Below are positions 39,500 to 52,286 of a stretch of 64,000 nt of DNA, one piece after another (position 1 is the first letter of the stretch; the number at the start of each line of letters is the position of its first letter). Where the stretch lies: assembly GCF_963921235.1 (NCBI RefSeq), contig NC_086108.1:15314001-15378000 (forward strand). The letters run 5' to 3'. Both the position numbers and the translations under genes were made by a program. The notes beneath the pieces are model-generated. The model did not search any database, was not told the DNA's origin, and worked only from the letters and a program-made list of their open reading frames with translations. This DNA is from Mobula hypostoma (lineage: Eukaryota).

Positions 39500-40250
39500 G
39501 AAGCAGAACAAGTGCTACCACTGGCTGTACACCTCCTCCCTCATTACCATTCAGGGCCCCAAACAGTCCTTCCAGGTGAGGTGTCTGTTGGGGTCATATA
39601 CTGTCCAGTGCTCCCGGTGTGGCCTCCTGTATATCAGTGAGACCCGACTTAGATTGGGAGACTGGTTTGCCAAGCATCTATGCTCTGTCCGCCAGAAGAA
39701 GTGGGATCTCCCAGTGGCCACCCATTTTAATTCCACTTCCCATTCTGATATGTCAATCCATGGCCTCCTGTACTGTCAAGATGAGGCCATTCTCAGGTTG
39801 GAGGACCTTCTATTCTGTCTGGGTAGCCTCTAACCTGATGGCATGAACTTCAAATTCTAGAACTTCCAGTAATGCCCCCATCCCCTTCAGCAGTCCCGAT
39901 CCCATTTTCTTTCTCTCTCCTCATCTTCTTGCCTGCCTATCACTTCCCTCTGGTGCTCCTCCCCCCTTTTCTTTCTTCCATAGACTTGTATCTTCTCCTA
40001 TTAGATTCCTCCTTCTCCAGCCCTGTATCTCTTCCACTAATCAATTTCCCAGCTCTTTACTTCATCCCTCACCCTCCCAGTTTCACCTTTCACCTTGTCT
40101 TTCTCTTTCCCCTCCCCTCATCTTTTAAATCTACACCTCATCTTTTTCTCTCCAGACCTGCTGAAGGATCTCAACCCGAAACGTTCACTGTACTCTTTTC
40201 CATAGATGCTGCCAGGCCTGCTGAGTTCCTCCAGCATTTTGTTTGTGTTA
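39500..40250 (+). mobile_element. Older Penelope-like 3' fragment (GIY-YIG + tail)
   Basis: VQCSRCGLLYISETRLRLGDWFAKHL; degenerate hammerhead-like CTGCTGAAGGATCTCAACCCGAAACG at ~40158. Confidence 0.88.
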
Positions 40251-43200
40251 CAGTGCAATGATTGGTGATCAGCTCTTCGTCTGAATTTGAAAAATTTGAG
40301 GGCACAAAACTCGAGATGCTGGAATCTGGAGCAACTAACAAGAAACTGCAGTATTCAGTGGGTTAGGCAGCATCTGTGGAGGGAAATGGACAGTTTGAAA
40401 TGTCGGTGCCTCGATCATTGCTTTAAGGAACCTCTTCAGTGATGCCCAGAAATCGAATGATTGGCTTGCAATAACCTTAACCACTTTTCTAGTGCAATGC
40501 ATTTCCTTGTGAATAAAGTTCACTTTGATTCCCCTTGACATCACTTTTACAAGGGCTTCTTGATGTTAGTCATTCAAATCTTGTCATAATATCAAAGGCT
40601 ATTCTGACACTTCTGAAATTCATCTTTTTTGTCCACATGAGTTAGGTGACTGTTGGAATCATAACATATCTGTGGGCAGGTTATTGATTATGTTTGGCTT
40701 GAGACTACTGTTAATAACTCATTCGTCGCATTGCTGGTTGTGAATAGACCACTGGTTTGTATTTCCCTAGCTTTTACAGAGAGGCAATCACTGGCATTTC
40801 TTCAATTTAATGACCAAATACTGATGCTGAAATTGCAGCTTCATTTGAATCAAATATTTAGGACTTCTAAAATTTAAAAATGTGTGTATTTTTATAGAAA
40901 ACATACGTACACATTTAGTAAAGTATTCAGTTTCATAATCTTTCAGGCAAGAGGATGACATTGAGTATCATTTACATTGAGTATATGTTGGGAACTCCAT
41001 GCTGTTTGGGCAGTCAGGGCAATGAAGCATAGTGGGATTTGCTCAAGTCAGTGCATGACTCTAGACCCAAGGTAAGGTCATGACCTTTTGGTTAGTATTG
41101 AATATTGCTGACACACAGCTATGGCCTTAGTCAGCAAAAACACATGACCCCTCCAGATATAGACCATATTTTGCCATTTCACTGTAGCTAGTAGATTCAA
41201 AGTTGTACAGCCCACCGTGTCCTGCTGACCTTTTGCCCATTTTCACTACTAATATTTTCCTCTGTTAGATGTGTATCCTTCTATGCCTTGCCTGTTTGTG
41301 TCTATCTATTAGATGTGTATCCTTCAACATTACATATACGATCTTTTCTTGTGATGGTATATTCCAGATATCAACCACTCTCTGCTGACTGTATATGAAA
41401 AGTACTTGCCCCTCATGATCTCTTTTACCTCCTTCATCATGCCCTAATCTTTTTTTGCCTCTTTGGATTACACATCCTATCAGTGTTATTTATCTTATCA
41501 GGTTACCCTCTCCACCTAGGTGAAAAGAGTTCAACCTATCCAATCTCTTCATAAGCCAAGGTCCTCCAATCTAATATTTTGTAACATCTCAACTTCAGTC
41601 ATGCTATATGTAGTCTTCACCAACTTACTGACCTATGCTACCACATTTGGAAAGCTATGGACCTGGTCCTCATCAATATATCTTAATGCCCTACCATTTA
41701 TAGTAAGCAGTGCAGTTATCAAGTAGCTAAATATTTTGTTGCATGTTCATTTAATAGAGATTTCCTTTTTTACAGTTCAGTAATGTACCAACATAGAGCT
41801 ACACCAACACAGAAATAGATTCTCCCTGCTCACCCTGTTCATTAAGGACCCATTGACACTAACCCCTTTTTCCAGCACCTGGTCCATGGTGTTCTGTTCC
41901 TTGGAGATTCAAGTGCTCATCCGTATACTTAAATGCTGCGCATTATACTTGCTTCTATCCCCCTGTCAGGCAATGTATTCCAAATTGCAACCACTCTCTG
42001 GGTGAGAAAATATTTCCTCAGATCCCTTCTAACCTTCTAACTCACCTTAAACCTATGCCAATTTTCATACAGCAGGTTCCCGTAATCATAATCCATTGTG
42101 TTCTGGAATAGTTTGCTTTTTCCAGATGGTGCAGAAGGGTTTTTGGCTTAATGTTGTGTCAAAAAAAAAGCACCTCTAAGTGCAAAATGGCCTCAGTCTC
42201 TATATTTGTGCTTGAACCTTCTGATGGGGACTTGAATCTAGGACCCAGATTGCTGCACCTTGCATTATGGGCATGAATCCTGAATAACAAATGAAATGTA
42301 CACAGTATTTGTCAACGTGGAGTGGACAGCAAGTTTGTAAATCTGGCAGGAACAAAAAATGTTGGGAATGGCAAGGGTGGAGTGCCACAGGAGGGTGTGG
42401 GACAGGTGGCAGAGAAGGAATGCCAGGAGTGGGTGGTGACATTTGGTTTATATATTGTCAATAAATGTCTCTCTGGTGCTTCCCTCTCCCTTCCCCTTTT
42501 CCCAACCATGATTCCTCTCTCTCTACCATGATACCTGCCTCCTTCCCACTCAGTCCACAAAAGAGGCCCATATCAGAATCAGAGTTACCATCACTCACAT
42601 ATGTCATGAATTTTTTTTTGTGTCAGCATCACAGTACAATACATAAAATTTCCACAGTAAGGTTTTCGGTACTCTAGCTATTAACGTGTGTCTAAGACTT
42701 CTGCACAGAACTGTAATTGCACTCTTGCTGCTTAGGCAACCTTCAAGCTGATGTTCAGAATTAATATGACATAAAATCACAGCATAAGAATGACATGCTC
42801 AGTTTCAGCAGTAATATTGCAGCAACTTTGGGAGGAGTACCAATTTGCAGCAAGAGCCCAAGATACAGATCTTCCTCCTGGTTTGTCTCTAGCAGTGTGT
42901 AAAAACTACAAATGACAGAATAAGGAGAGGCTATTTACATGTAGGATCTTTTTCCATTTAATCATATCGTAACCATTCTTACCAGCTGTTCTCCCTGGCC
43001 TCTCAGAGAGCAAGTTATGGCACTGAGAAGGCCTTGTTTCTCAAGTGTTGACAAAATCCAGGTCATTACGTGTCACATCTTTTGGCTCGGGTAGATGTAA
43101 TTCCAGACTGAACAATTGTTTTCTTAGTTCATTTATCTTTTCCCATTATTTGCCAGTAATGAAATGTATTTTGACAGTGTATTTATATGTAAATTTGTAT

Positions 43201-43468
43201 TTACATGTATTTATATCTCTTTTAGACCATAAGACATGGGAGCAGAATTAGGCCTTTCTTCTCCGTCAATTAATCGAGGTTGATTATTTATTCCTCTCAA
43301 CCCTATTCTGCTGCCTTTTCCCCGTAACCTTTGATGATGTTTGATGAATGACTTCCATTTACAGCATTTTGCTTGCATCTCTGGAAAGTGTACTGCAGAC
43401 CAGAAGTCTTCTTGTGTATTATTGTTTTTATCTGCTGTGAGAGATTAACCTATGAGCACTTTTTACAG

Positions 43469-43676
43469 AGCTGCCTGTACTAAAGGTTGCATCCCCGACT
43501 GCTGAGGAAGAGGAGAGTGTACTGTTTAACAAGTTAACCTACCTTGGATCCACGAAGGTCACCTCTCCACGCAATGAAGCAGAGGCTCTTCGTGCTATGG
43601 CCAAACTGCGTTCCAGTTGTCAAGCTCCTATTCCAGTTACTTTGTATGTACCTAATGTTGCTGACGGATCTTTAAG
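43469..43676 (+). CDS. RABGAP1L: RABGAP1L third coding exon, start of PTB/PID domain
   Basis: ttttacAG acceptor and AG|GTAGGT donor; 208 nt, phase 1 to 2, in frame with the previous exon. Encodes LPVLKVASPTAEEEESVLFNKLTYLGSTKVTSPRNEAEALRAMAKLRSSCQAPIPVTLYVPNVADGSL. The motifs SVLFNKLTYLG, PRNE, EALRAMA and PVTLYVPNV favour RABGAP1L over RABGAP1. Absent from the ORF track. Confidence 0.95.
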
Positions 43677-43751
43677 GTAGGTTCACTTTTAGTTCAAATT
43701 AATTTTTCTTGGTATCTTTAGATTTGTCACAGAACTAGTGCCAATTATATA

Positions 43752-44836
43752 CAGCTGCAACAAAAAGTTTGTGAATCCTTTGCAATTACCTGGTTTTGTG
43801 CATTAATTACTCACAAAATGTGGTCTGATCTTCATCTGAGTCACAATAATAGACAGACACAATCTGCCTAAACTAATAACATACAAGCAATTGTACTTTT
43901 CACGTCTTTATTGAACACATGTTTTCATCATTCACAGTCTAGGCTGGAAAAGTATGTAAAGCCTTGTATTTAATAACTGGTAGGAACCCCTTTAGCACTA
44001 ATAACCTCTACCGAACATTTCCTATAGCTGCTGATCAGACTTGCACAATGGTAAGGAGGAATTTTACACGATTCCTCCATATAAAACTCATCAATATTCC
44101 TGGGATACCTTGCATGAACAGCTCTCTCCAGGACATACTACAGCATCCCAATTGGGTTAAGTTCTGGACTCTGATTTGGCCATTCCAAAGAATGAATTTT
44201 CTTCTTTTTAAACCATTCTGTTGTTGATTTACTCTTGTGTTTCGGATCATTGTCTTGTTCCATCATCCAACTTCTATTAAGCTTCAGGTGAATGACAACT
44301 ACCCTGACATTCTCCTGTAAAATGTCTTGATAAATATTGAATTCATTGTTCCCTTAACAATTGCAAACTGTCCTGGTCCTGAGGCAGCAAAGCAGTCCTA
44401 AATCATGATGTTCCTTCCACTGTGCTTCACAGTTGGGATGAGGTTTTGGTATTGGTGTGCAGTGTCCTTTTTCCTCCAAATATAGCAGCGCGCATTTCTG
44501 CCAAGAAGTTCAACTTTTATCTTATCTGTCCACAGAAGTGTTGTGGAACATCCAGGTTGCAAACTTGAGACTTACAGCAGTGTTTTTTTTTGGAAAGCAG
44601 TGGTGTCTTGTTCAGCGTTTTTCTTATAGTGGACTCTCCTGCCGAAGGGTTTCTGCCTAAAATGTCGACTGTACTCTTCTAGATGCTGCATGGTTGCTGA
44701 GTTCCTCCAGCATTTGTGTATGTTGCTGGCTTTATCTATTATTGTGACTTAGATGAAGCTCAGACCACATTTTATGAGTAATTAATGCAGAAAACCAGGT
44801 AATTGCAAAGGGTTCACAAGCTTTTTCTTGCAACTG
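43752..44836 (-). mobile_element. Internally deleted Tc1-like transposon, with a short PLE tail near its right end
   Basis: ~105-bp TIRs CAG(C/T)TGCAA(C/G)AAAAAG..., TA on both flanks; transposase remnants on the minus strand; PLE-tail sequence at ~44637-44730. Confidence 0.85.
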
Positions 44837-46097
44837 TAAATAGATGAAATATTTATTGTTAAGTGAGTAAATAAATATCAAAGATGTCATTCAAGCCTTG
44901 ATCCTGTACTGAGTCTGAATGGTGTCTACTTTGGAAACAGCGCCCCTTTTGATTTTCAACATTGACAGCGTCAAATGCTCCAGGTGATTATTCAAGAGTA
45001 ATTTCTTTTGCACAACATAACTAATCTCAGTTCTCATAAAAAGGCTGCTCATTCAATTGCCATATGGAATCACTTTCTGCAGATTTGCAGTGCCCATAAT
45101 GGTTGACAGTGGGGCTTTGTGAATCAGCAGTGGAAGGGAGATATTTATTTTTGGGTCAGGCAATGTCTGAGACAGAACAACATTTCCATGGATGAAGCTG
45201 GTAATTAGTGTTCGGTCTTCTCGCTAGAATCCATTAAACAAGTGGAAATTATCTGAAGATGGCTTATTCATCAAAAACAGCAAACATAATTGCTATCCTT
45301 TCAGATGTCTTTCAATCCAATACGTTAGTGCTATTGTTGTGTGTGTTTGCATAGAACATAGAAAATCTACAGCACATTATAGGCTCTTTGGCCCACAATG
45401 TTGTGCTGACCATGTAACCTACTCTAGAAGCCGCCTAGAATTTCCCTACTGCATAGCCCTCTATTCTTCTAAACTCAATGTACCTATCTAAGAGTCTCTT
45501 AAAAGACCCTATTGTTTACCATTAGTATGCTCACTGATGCTTATTTTAGGCCAGAGCAAGTACTAGGATAACTAACCATGACTACAGGATGGAATTTTTC
45601 TCAGAACAATCCCAAGAGATTGGCCAAATTTATTGTAGATTTCTGCAATGGCTAAAGTGTTGACACATGAAAAGTGATTGTAGCAGTTGAAGACCGCCTT
45701 GGAAATTACTGTGTGTCTTCAGGCCATTCATCTTCATATTAATGATGACACTGATAAATTGATCCTGTTTCCCTTGTCTTGATGTAGGGTAACACCCAAG
45801 TTGAGCTGACATACTGTATGATATATATTCTATTGAAATGAAGAAATTTAAACTTCTTTCACTGTAATATTGCCAATATTTTTCAATTCTCTCATATAAG
45901 TTTCTTGAGGGCTGCCGGACCAAGGCACACCAATGATGTGGCTATATAACGTTCTGCATTGTCACTGGAGTTTTGAGCTTCATCCGTAGCCACAACCACA
46001 GTAAAGAAGTTGAACATTATCTGTCTCCTTCATCAGTGTCAGCTAGATTTGAGTATAGTGGGAGTTTCTATTCAGAGGTCAAATGTATTTTCTATAA

Positions 46098-47008
46098 CAG
46101 GGGTCCCGAACCTTTTTCGCACCGCGGACCGGTCTAATATTGATAATATTCTTGCGGACCGGTCTGACCCAGTGGGGGTGGGGGTGGGTGTTAATCACGA
46201 CCGGAATATAGGTGATACGTCAACTATAAGTCACTTATAAGTGGCTAATACACTCAATTTCGTTTCTGAAAGGGTTTATCTAACGAATTTAATATTAAAC
46301 ACACAGCACATACTTTCCTTGCATGAATATTGATAAGTCAATTATAAGTCAATAGCATCATAACATTTTAAGTAAAGTTTGGATATTAAACACACAGTGC
46401 GTATTTTCCTCGTATGAACATATAAAATCATTGCAACACACCAATATTGCTGAATCAGTGGGAGCCCTGGGCTTGTTTTCCTGCAACAACACGGTCCCAT
46501 CGAGGGGTGATGGGAGACAGCGATACTCGAAGGGGGTTCCTTATGTCCAGTCTATTCCACAATTTAGTTTTCGTTGCATTCATTGCAGAAAACTCTGCTT
46601 TGCAGTGATATGATGTTGGAAATGGAAGCAGCGTTTTCAGTGCTTTCGTAGTTATCTCAGGATATTCAGCCTTGACTTTGATTCAGAATGCTGGCAGAGC
46701 TGTTATGTCAAACATACTTTTCAGCCCACCATCATCTGCAAGCTCGAGGAGTTGATCTTTTTCCTGTGCTGATGTGGATGATTCACCGGGGAATTCACAA
46801 ATGGGTCATGGACCCATTCCTTTGCACGTCTTGGGTCAGTGATGACCTCGTGTGCGGAATGACCTCGCATGCGTTCAAGTTCAACAGTGGGCGTGACAGG
46901 GAATGTGGAAAGGTGCAGCTGACTCGTATTGTTTCATATTGCCAAATCATATCGTTTCCTCGTGGCCTGGTAGCACATGCTTTGCGGCCCGGTGGTTGGG
47001 GACCGCTG
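46098..47008. mobile_element. hAT (Charlie-like) non-autonomous transposon, same family as 33133-34362
   Basis: CAGGGGTCCCGAACC / GGTTGGGGACCGCTG termini; 8-bp TSD TTCTATAA. Confidence 0.92.
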
Positions 47009-47374
47009 TTCTATAATAGTTATTGCCTTCTTTAATTAGTGTTCCTTCAATTCATTCAAAGGACTTGGCAGAGAGAACCTGCATTTAGTTGCCCACCCCA
47101 TTTGCCTTTGAGATTGTGGCAACATGGTCTGAAGATTAGGATACTGTGTTATTGAATGCTCATTTATTAAGGGATAAAGGAGATGCCAAGTAATTTTAGG
47201 CTAAACAGCCTAACTTTGGGAAAATTATTGGTAACAAGTCTGGAGGCTTGTATTTATCACTGCTTTGGGATTAATCAAGAACAGTTAACTTGGAACTTAA
47301 CAAGTGAATCCTATGAAGATTAATTCATGCTGGCTACCTGGTCCATGCTGGTCAAAAACGAGCTACCCAACTTG

Positions 47375-48049
47375 GCACAAAAAATGCTGGTGAACGCAGC
47401 AGGCCAGGCAGCATCTATAGGAAGAGGTACTGTCGACGTTTCGGGCTGAGACCCTTCGTCAGGACTAGCTGAAAGAAGAGATAGTAAGAGATTTGAAAAT
47501 GGGAGGGGGAGGGGGAGATCCAAAATGATAGGAGAAGACAGGAGGGGGTGAGATGAAGCAAAGAGCTGGAAAGTTGATTGGCAAAAGGGATATGAGGCTA
47601 GCGAAAGGAGAGGATCATGGGACGGGAGGCCTAGGGAGAAAGAAAGGGGGAGGGGAGCCCAGGGGATGGGCAAGGAGTTATAGTGAGAGGGACAGAGGGA
47701 GGGGAAAAAAAAAAGGAGATAAATAAATAAATAAATAAGGGATGGGGAACGAAGGGGAGGTGGGGCATTAACTGAAGTTAGAGAAGTCAATGTTCATGCC
47801 ATCAGGTTGGAAGCTACCCAGACGGAATATAAGGTGTCGTTCCTCCAACTTGAGTGTGGCTTCATCTTGATGGTAGAGGAGGCCGTGGATAGACATATCA
47901 GAATGGGAATGGGATGTGGAATTAAAATGTGTGGCCACTGGGAGATCCTGCTTTCTCTGGCGGAGAGAGTGCGGGTGTTCAGCGAAAGGGTCTCCCAGCC
48001 TGCATCGGGTCTTGCCAATGTATAGAAGGCTGCATCGGGAGCACCGGAC
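47375..48049 (-). mobile_element. Penelope-like 3' fragment with intact hammerhead core (47432-47466)
   Basis: Reverse complement of ~24578-25240; the minus strand reads AGTCCTGACGAAGGGTCTCAGCCCGAAACGTCGAC. Confidence 0.9.
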
Positions 48050-48229
48050 AGTAGAGGAGGGGGCAGGGATGCATGAGCATCCACTAATGGGGCTGGGAGA
48101 TGTTCAAACTAAGTTTCCAAGAAGAAGGCAGTAGCAACCAGAGTTGCAAATAAGATAAACAGAAAATTGCAAATGGCAGATAGCAGTGGACCAAGAAACA
48201 CTACAGAGCAGCTAGTATCAAGGGAGAGA

Positions 48230-48625
48230 AAAAGAGTCCATAAACCTGTGTGGTATATTTCCCGAGCAGAGGTTGGATAGTGAGGGGAGAGTATTCAAAA
48301 GAAGTGAGCGGGGGCAGTCAGGGCATTCTGCGCGCCATGGTCCCCGAGGAGACATTGAATTGAGTAGCTGGAGAGAATGTTTAAAAAAAGCGAGTGGGGA
48401 TAGTTGGAACATTTGGCATGCCACAGTTCCTGAGGAGATGTTGCATTGAGTAGCTAGAGAAAGAGTTTAAAAGAAGCAAACGGGAACAGTTGGAACAGCC
48501 TGCATGGCACAGTTCCCGAAAAGGCATTGGATTACATAGTGGGAAAGAAAGTTTAAAAGCAGTGAGTGAGGGCAGTTGGGATGTTCTGTGTACCACAACT
48601 CCTCAGGAGACATTCGATTGTGCAT
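48230..48625 (+). repeat. Diverged ~86-bp tandem array (4-5 units) upstream of a CR1 ORF1
   Basis: A GAGGAGACATTG-like anchor recurs at 48264, 48346, 48432, 48518 and 48604. Confidence 0.8.
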
Positions 48626-49719
48626 AATTACTCACTTGGCATTGACTAAAAAAAAAACTGTTAGGTTTAAGCGGAGTGGCCATAGTATAAATGGGCCAGT
48701 GTTAGAGTGGGGAATTCATGCTTTGATTCATAGCGGCTTCAGTGAGGAGAGGTGAAGGCTGAAGGTAGATTTTTTTCATTTAATTTTTATTTCTTTCTGA
48801 TTGAACAGTTAGAACAGTAGGGATGTGAGTCAGGATAGTTGAATGCTCCTTTTGCAGAAATGTGGGAAAGCAGGTAGTCTTCCAGTGTCTCTGACAACTA
48901 CATCTGCAAGAAGTGCATCCAGCTGCAGCTTCTTCCAGACAGTGTAAAGGAATTGGAGCTAGAAGTGGATGAACTACAAATCTTCAGGAAGGTGAGGGGT
49001 TGAACAACAGGCATTTCGGGGAGGTAGTTACACCCAAAATGCAGGACACAGGTAACTGAGTGACCATCAGGATGGCTAAGGGGATAGTCTGCCAGTGCAG
49101 AGTACCCCTGTAGCCTACCCCCTCAACAACAGGTATTCTACTTTGGATGGCAGAGGAAAGCCACAGTGGTCAGGTCTTTGGCACTGTGACTCAGAAGGGA
49201 AAGGGGAAGAAGAGGAGTGTAGTAGTGATGGGGAATTCCTTAAAACACTGTGCTAGTGCTGCATTGGGGAGTGGGAGAGGTGATGGAGGTTTAAACCAGA
49301 GTTGCGGGAGTTGTGCGAAAAGGTGTTGTTAAACCTGCATATGGTCAGAAATTGACAGGTTGAGCATGATGGAACTAATGTTCTGAGTTTTGTTCATTTC
49401 AATGCAGAGTATTCCAGGAAAGGTGGATGTATTTAGAGTATGGATTAGCACATGGAATTATGACATGGTGGCCTTTGGTGAGACTTGGTTGAAGGAGGGG
49501 CAGGACTGGCAGCTAAATGTTCCAGGGTTCCTTTGTTTTAGACTTGATAGAGCTGGAGGGATTTAAGGAGGAGGAGTGGCATGACGAGAGTGGGAAAACG
49601 CCACAGCACTGCTCATGCAGGACAGACTAGAGAGCTAGACTATTGAGGCTATGTGAATGGAACTGAGGATAAGAAAGGGATAACCATGATTATATTATAG
49701 TCCACCCAACAGTCCATGG

Positions 49720-49890
49720 CAGTGGTTCCCAACCTCCGGGCCACGAAGCATGCAGGGGTGCGGCGGTAGCTGGAACATACCCAGCACATCTTTAAGAAAA
49801 AAGCCGAAATGGTGCGTTCTGGTTACTGCTGCACCCCTGCATGCTTCGCGGTCCAGTATCAATCCACGGCCCGGAGGTTGGGAACCACTG
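49720..49890. mobile_element. hAT MITE, 171 bp
   Basis: Perfect 23-bp TIR CAGTGGTTCCCAACCTCCGGGCC; TSD GTCCATGG/GTCCAGGG. Confidence 0.9.
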
Positions 49891-49943
49891 GTCCAGGGGA
49901 TTTGTAGGGGCAAATATGTAGAGAGATTGCGGTCTGTTGCAAG

Positions 49944-50218
49944 TGTCACGTACCCCGTGACGGGGATAAAGAACCAGCAGAGATGGAAAACACTTTGGAG
50001 TCTCGTATTGCTAACAACTACTAATACTTATTAGTAACTATGCAATATAGTAATATAAATGTAGATAAATCAAACAGGTTAGCAATGATTATGTGTAAAA
50101 GTAAGTGTGGAATATATATGTATGAAAAACCAAGCTTCTTTAAGTCTAGGGGTAAAAGGATACAGTCTTACGATGTTGAGTAAAGTTCAGTTCAGTTCGT
50201 GGTATTTAGTTGAGTAGT

Positions 50219-50255
<37 letters not shown>

Positions 50256-50886
50256 GAGTCTTCAGGTGAGCTGATGCCGTCGATCTTCTTGTCGTCCTCC
50301 GAAATCCTTTACAAGTCACTGACTATGACTTTAACCGGGGGACCGGTCTTCTGTGGTGGAGCTATCACCCAGGCGAGGGTGGACACATAGACAACTCCCC
50401 ACCAGTCAACCCCTTCTTCACCGATGGAATAGCAATTTGGATCGATCCTCCAAAACCCACTTTCTCTGCGGGCACAACAATGCTCATTCAGTGTCCAGAT
50501 CATGTGTCCTGTGTCTGTATCATCTGACCTCCCATTTATTTCACCAGGCTGAGCATCACCTGTCATTCAAAGAGTCCCTCTCTCCTTTGTCTGTAAAGAG
50601 GTACACAAGCAGGCAACCTGTCCTTGGAAGTAACATCAATAACTAGCTGAAAATCATAACATCGAGTGTCTATTAAATAACACTGCCTTCGGTCACCATA
50701 GCAACCTTCAAGCTGCTCGGTGCTGTCTCTAACTCCAAACTCAGTAGAAATCCAAAGTTACTTCCAATGCCTTAAAGTGACAGTCCACTGTTAATCTTTG
50801 TCTCTCTCTCTCCTTTCCAAACAAACCATCAATGATAAATGTCTCCCTCCAAACAGTTGATAGGGGCACTCCTGGATCTCCTCACA
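49944..50886 (-). mobile_element. Solo LTR, related but distinct family; contains (GA)n at ~50223-50253
   Basis: TG...CA ends, TSD CAAG; terminus TGTCACGTACCCCG resembles TGTTACGTACCCCG of the other two LTRs. Confidence 0.85.
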
Positions 50887-51130
50887 CAAGAAGAATAAGG
50901 TTAGGATAATAGGTGGTTTTAACTTTGTACATATTCAGTGGGACTATAAATGGGCTGGGAGAGGTAGAGTTTGTCAAATGTGTTCAGGAAAGTTTCCCTA
51001 ATCAGTACATAGAGCCCAACGAGAAAGGGTGTGATGCTAGATCTCGTATTAGGAAATGAGACAGGGCAGTTGATAGAAATTTATGTAGTCACTTTGCATC
51101 CAGTGACCATAATGCCATTAGTTTCAAGAT

Positions 51131-51885
51131 CATCATCATCATAGCTTGTCACACCAGACAGCCAGCCACTCTAGTGTTGTTTGGTTGTTGTTGAGCAGGT
51201 CAGTGTCAGCTAAATCAGATGAGAGTGGGCAGTTGCGCAGAACATGTTCAGTGTTTTGCACCCTTTTGCCACACTCACAGGATTCACTGGTCTTTAAACC
51301 CCACTTCACCATATTGTCTCCCGTCCTACAGACTCCCGCTCTCACTCTGTTGAGAGTGCACCACTTCCGTCTGTCAAGCAGTGCCCTGTCTGATAACATT
51401 TCTGTGAGGTCTTGCACTGTATTGTTTGGTGGGGTTCTGGCTTCTGTTTGTTGCCAGAGGTCAATCCTGTATGCTTGGGGGGATGTCCCATGCGGTAGTT
51501 CCTCTGCTTTTCCTCGATATTAGGCAGTTGGAAACTGGCACGTGATGATGTAGTGGGTGCCGTGGATCCGAGTTCTGTTTACCTTTTCCAATTTTTGTTG
51601 TAGTGTGTCTTCGGATCTCTGGGGGAGCAATGCCTGCAAGTCTGTAAATGATGTTAGTGGGTGTGGGGCTCGGTGTGCCTGTGATTATTCGGCAGGCTTT
51701 GTTAGCAATGGGTCAATTTTCTTCGCATGGGCTGATCTGCCCCACATAGGTGCACAGTATTCTGCAGGTGTATAGCAGAGTACTAGGGCAGTTGATCTAA
51801 GTGTGTGAGCATTAGCTCCCCATTTTGTGCCTGCTAATTTTTTCAAGAGAGAATTGTGACAGCCAACTTTCCCTCGGAGTTTTTG
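51131..51885 (-). mobile_element. Vingi/Ingi-like (I group) non-LTR retrotransposon 3' fragment
   Basis: WGANAHTLRSTALVLCYTPAEYCAPMWGRSAH and WCTLNRVRAG...CECG...EHVLRNCP (CCHC finger); (TGA)n tail directly at the stop codon. Confidence 0.65.
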
Positions 51886-52286
51886 GATAATTATAAAGAA
51901 GGATAAGTCTGGTCTTCAGGTTAAGATTCTAAATTGGAGAAATACAATTTTGATGGCACCTCAAAGTATTGGGCAAATGTGTATTTAGTAGTCTGAGGCC
52001 TTCAAAAGTGAAATTTTGAGAGTACAGTTTATATGTTCCAGTCAGAATAAAAGGCAAGGATAAAAGGTTTAGGGAACATCGGTTTTTAGGAGATACTGAA
52101 GCCCGAGTTAAGATAAAAGGAAGTGCATAGTAGGTAAAGGCAGGAAGAAGCATAACAGGTACTTGAAGTACAAGAGGACACTTAAGCATGGAATTAGGAG
52201 GGCTAAAAGAAGGCATGATGTTGCTCTGGCAGATAAGGTGAAGGAGAATCCCAAGGGCTTCTACCAATATGTTAAGGTATTGCAAG

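Noticed and set aside
41265..41325. TTAGATGTGTATCCTTC repeated twice; also (CA)n at 55404-55422
   Set aside because: Ordinary micro-duplication and microsatellite.
27376..43676. Calling the gene RABGAP1
   Set aside because: NSEEFV, SVLFNKLTYLG, PRNE, EALRAMA and PVTLYVPNV fit RABGAP1L as I recall it, not RABGAP1 (NSEDFV, VVFSKLTYLG, EALRMMS).
48230..48625. CRISPR array
   Set aside because: Eukaryotic context; whole units are homologous with no unique spacers, and there are no cas genes.
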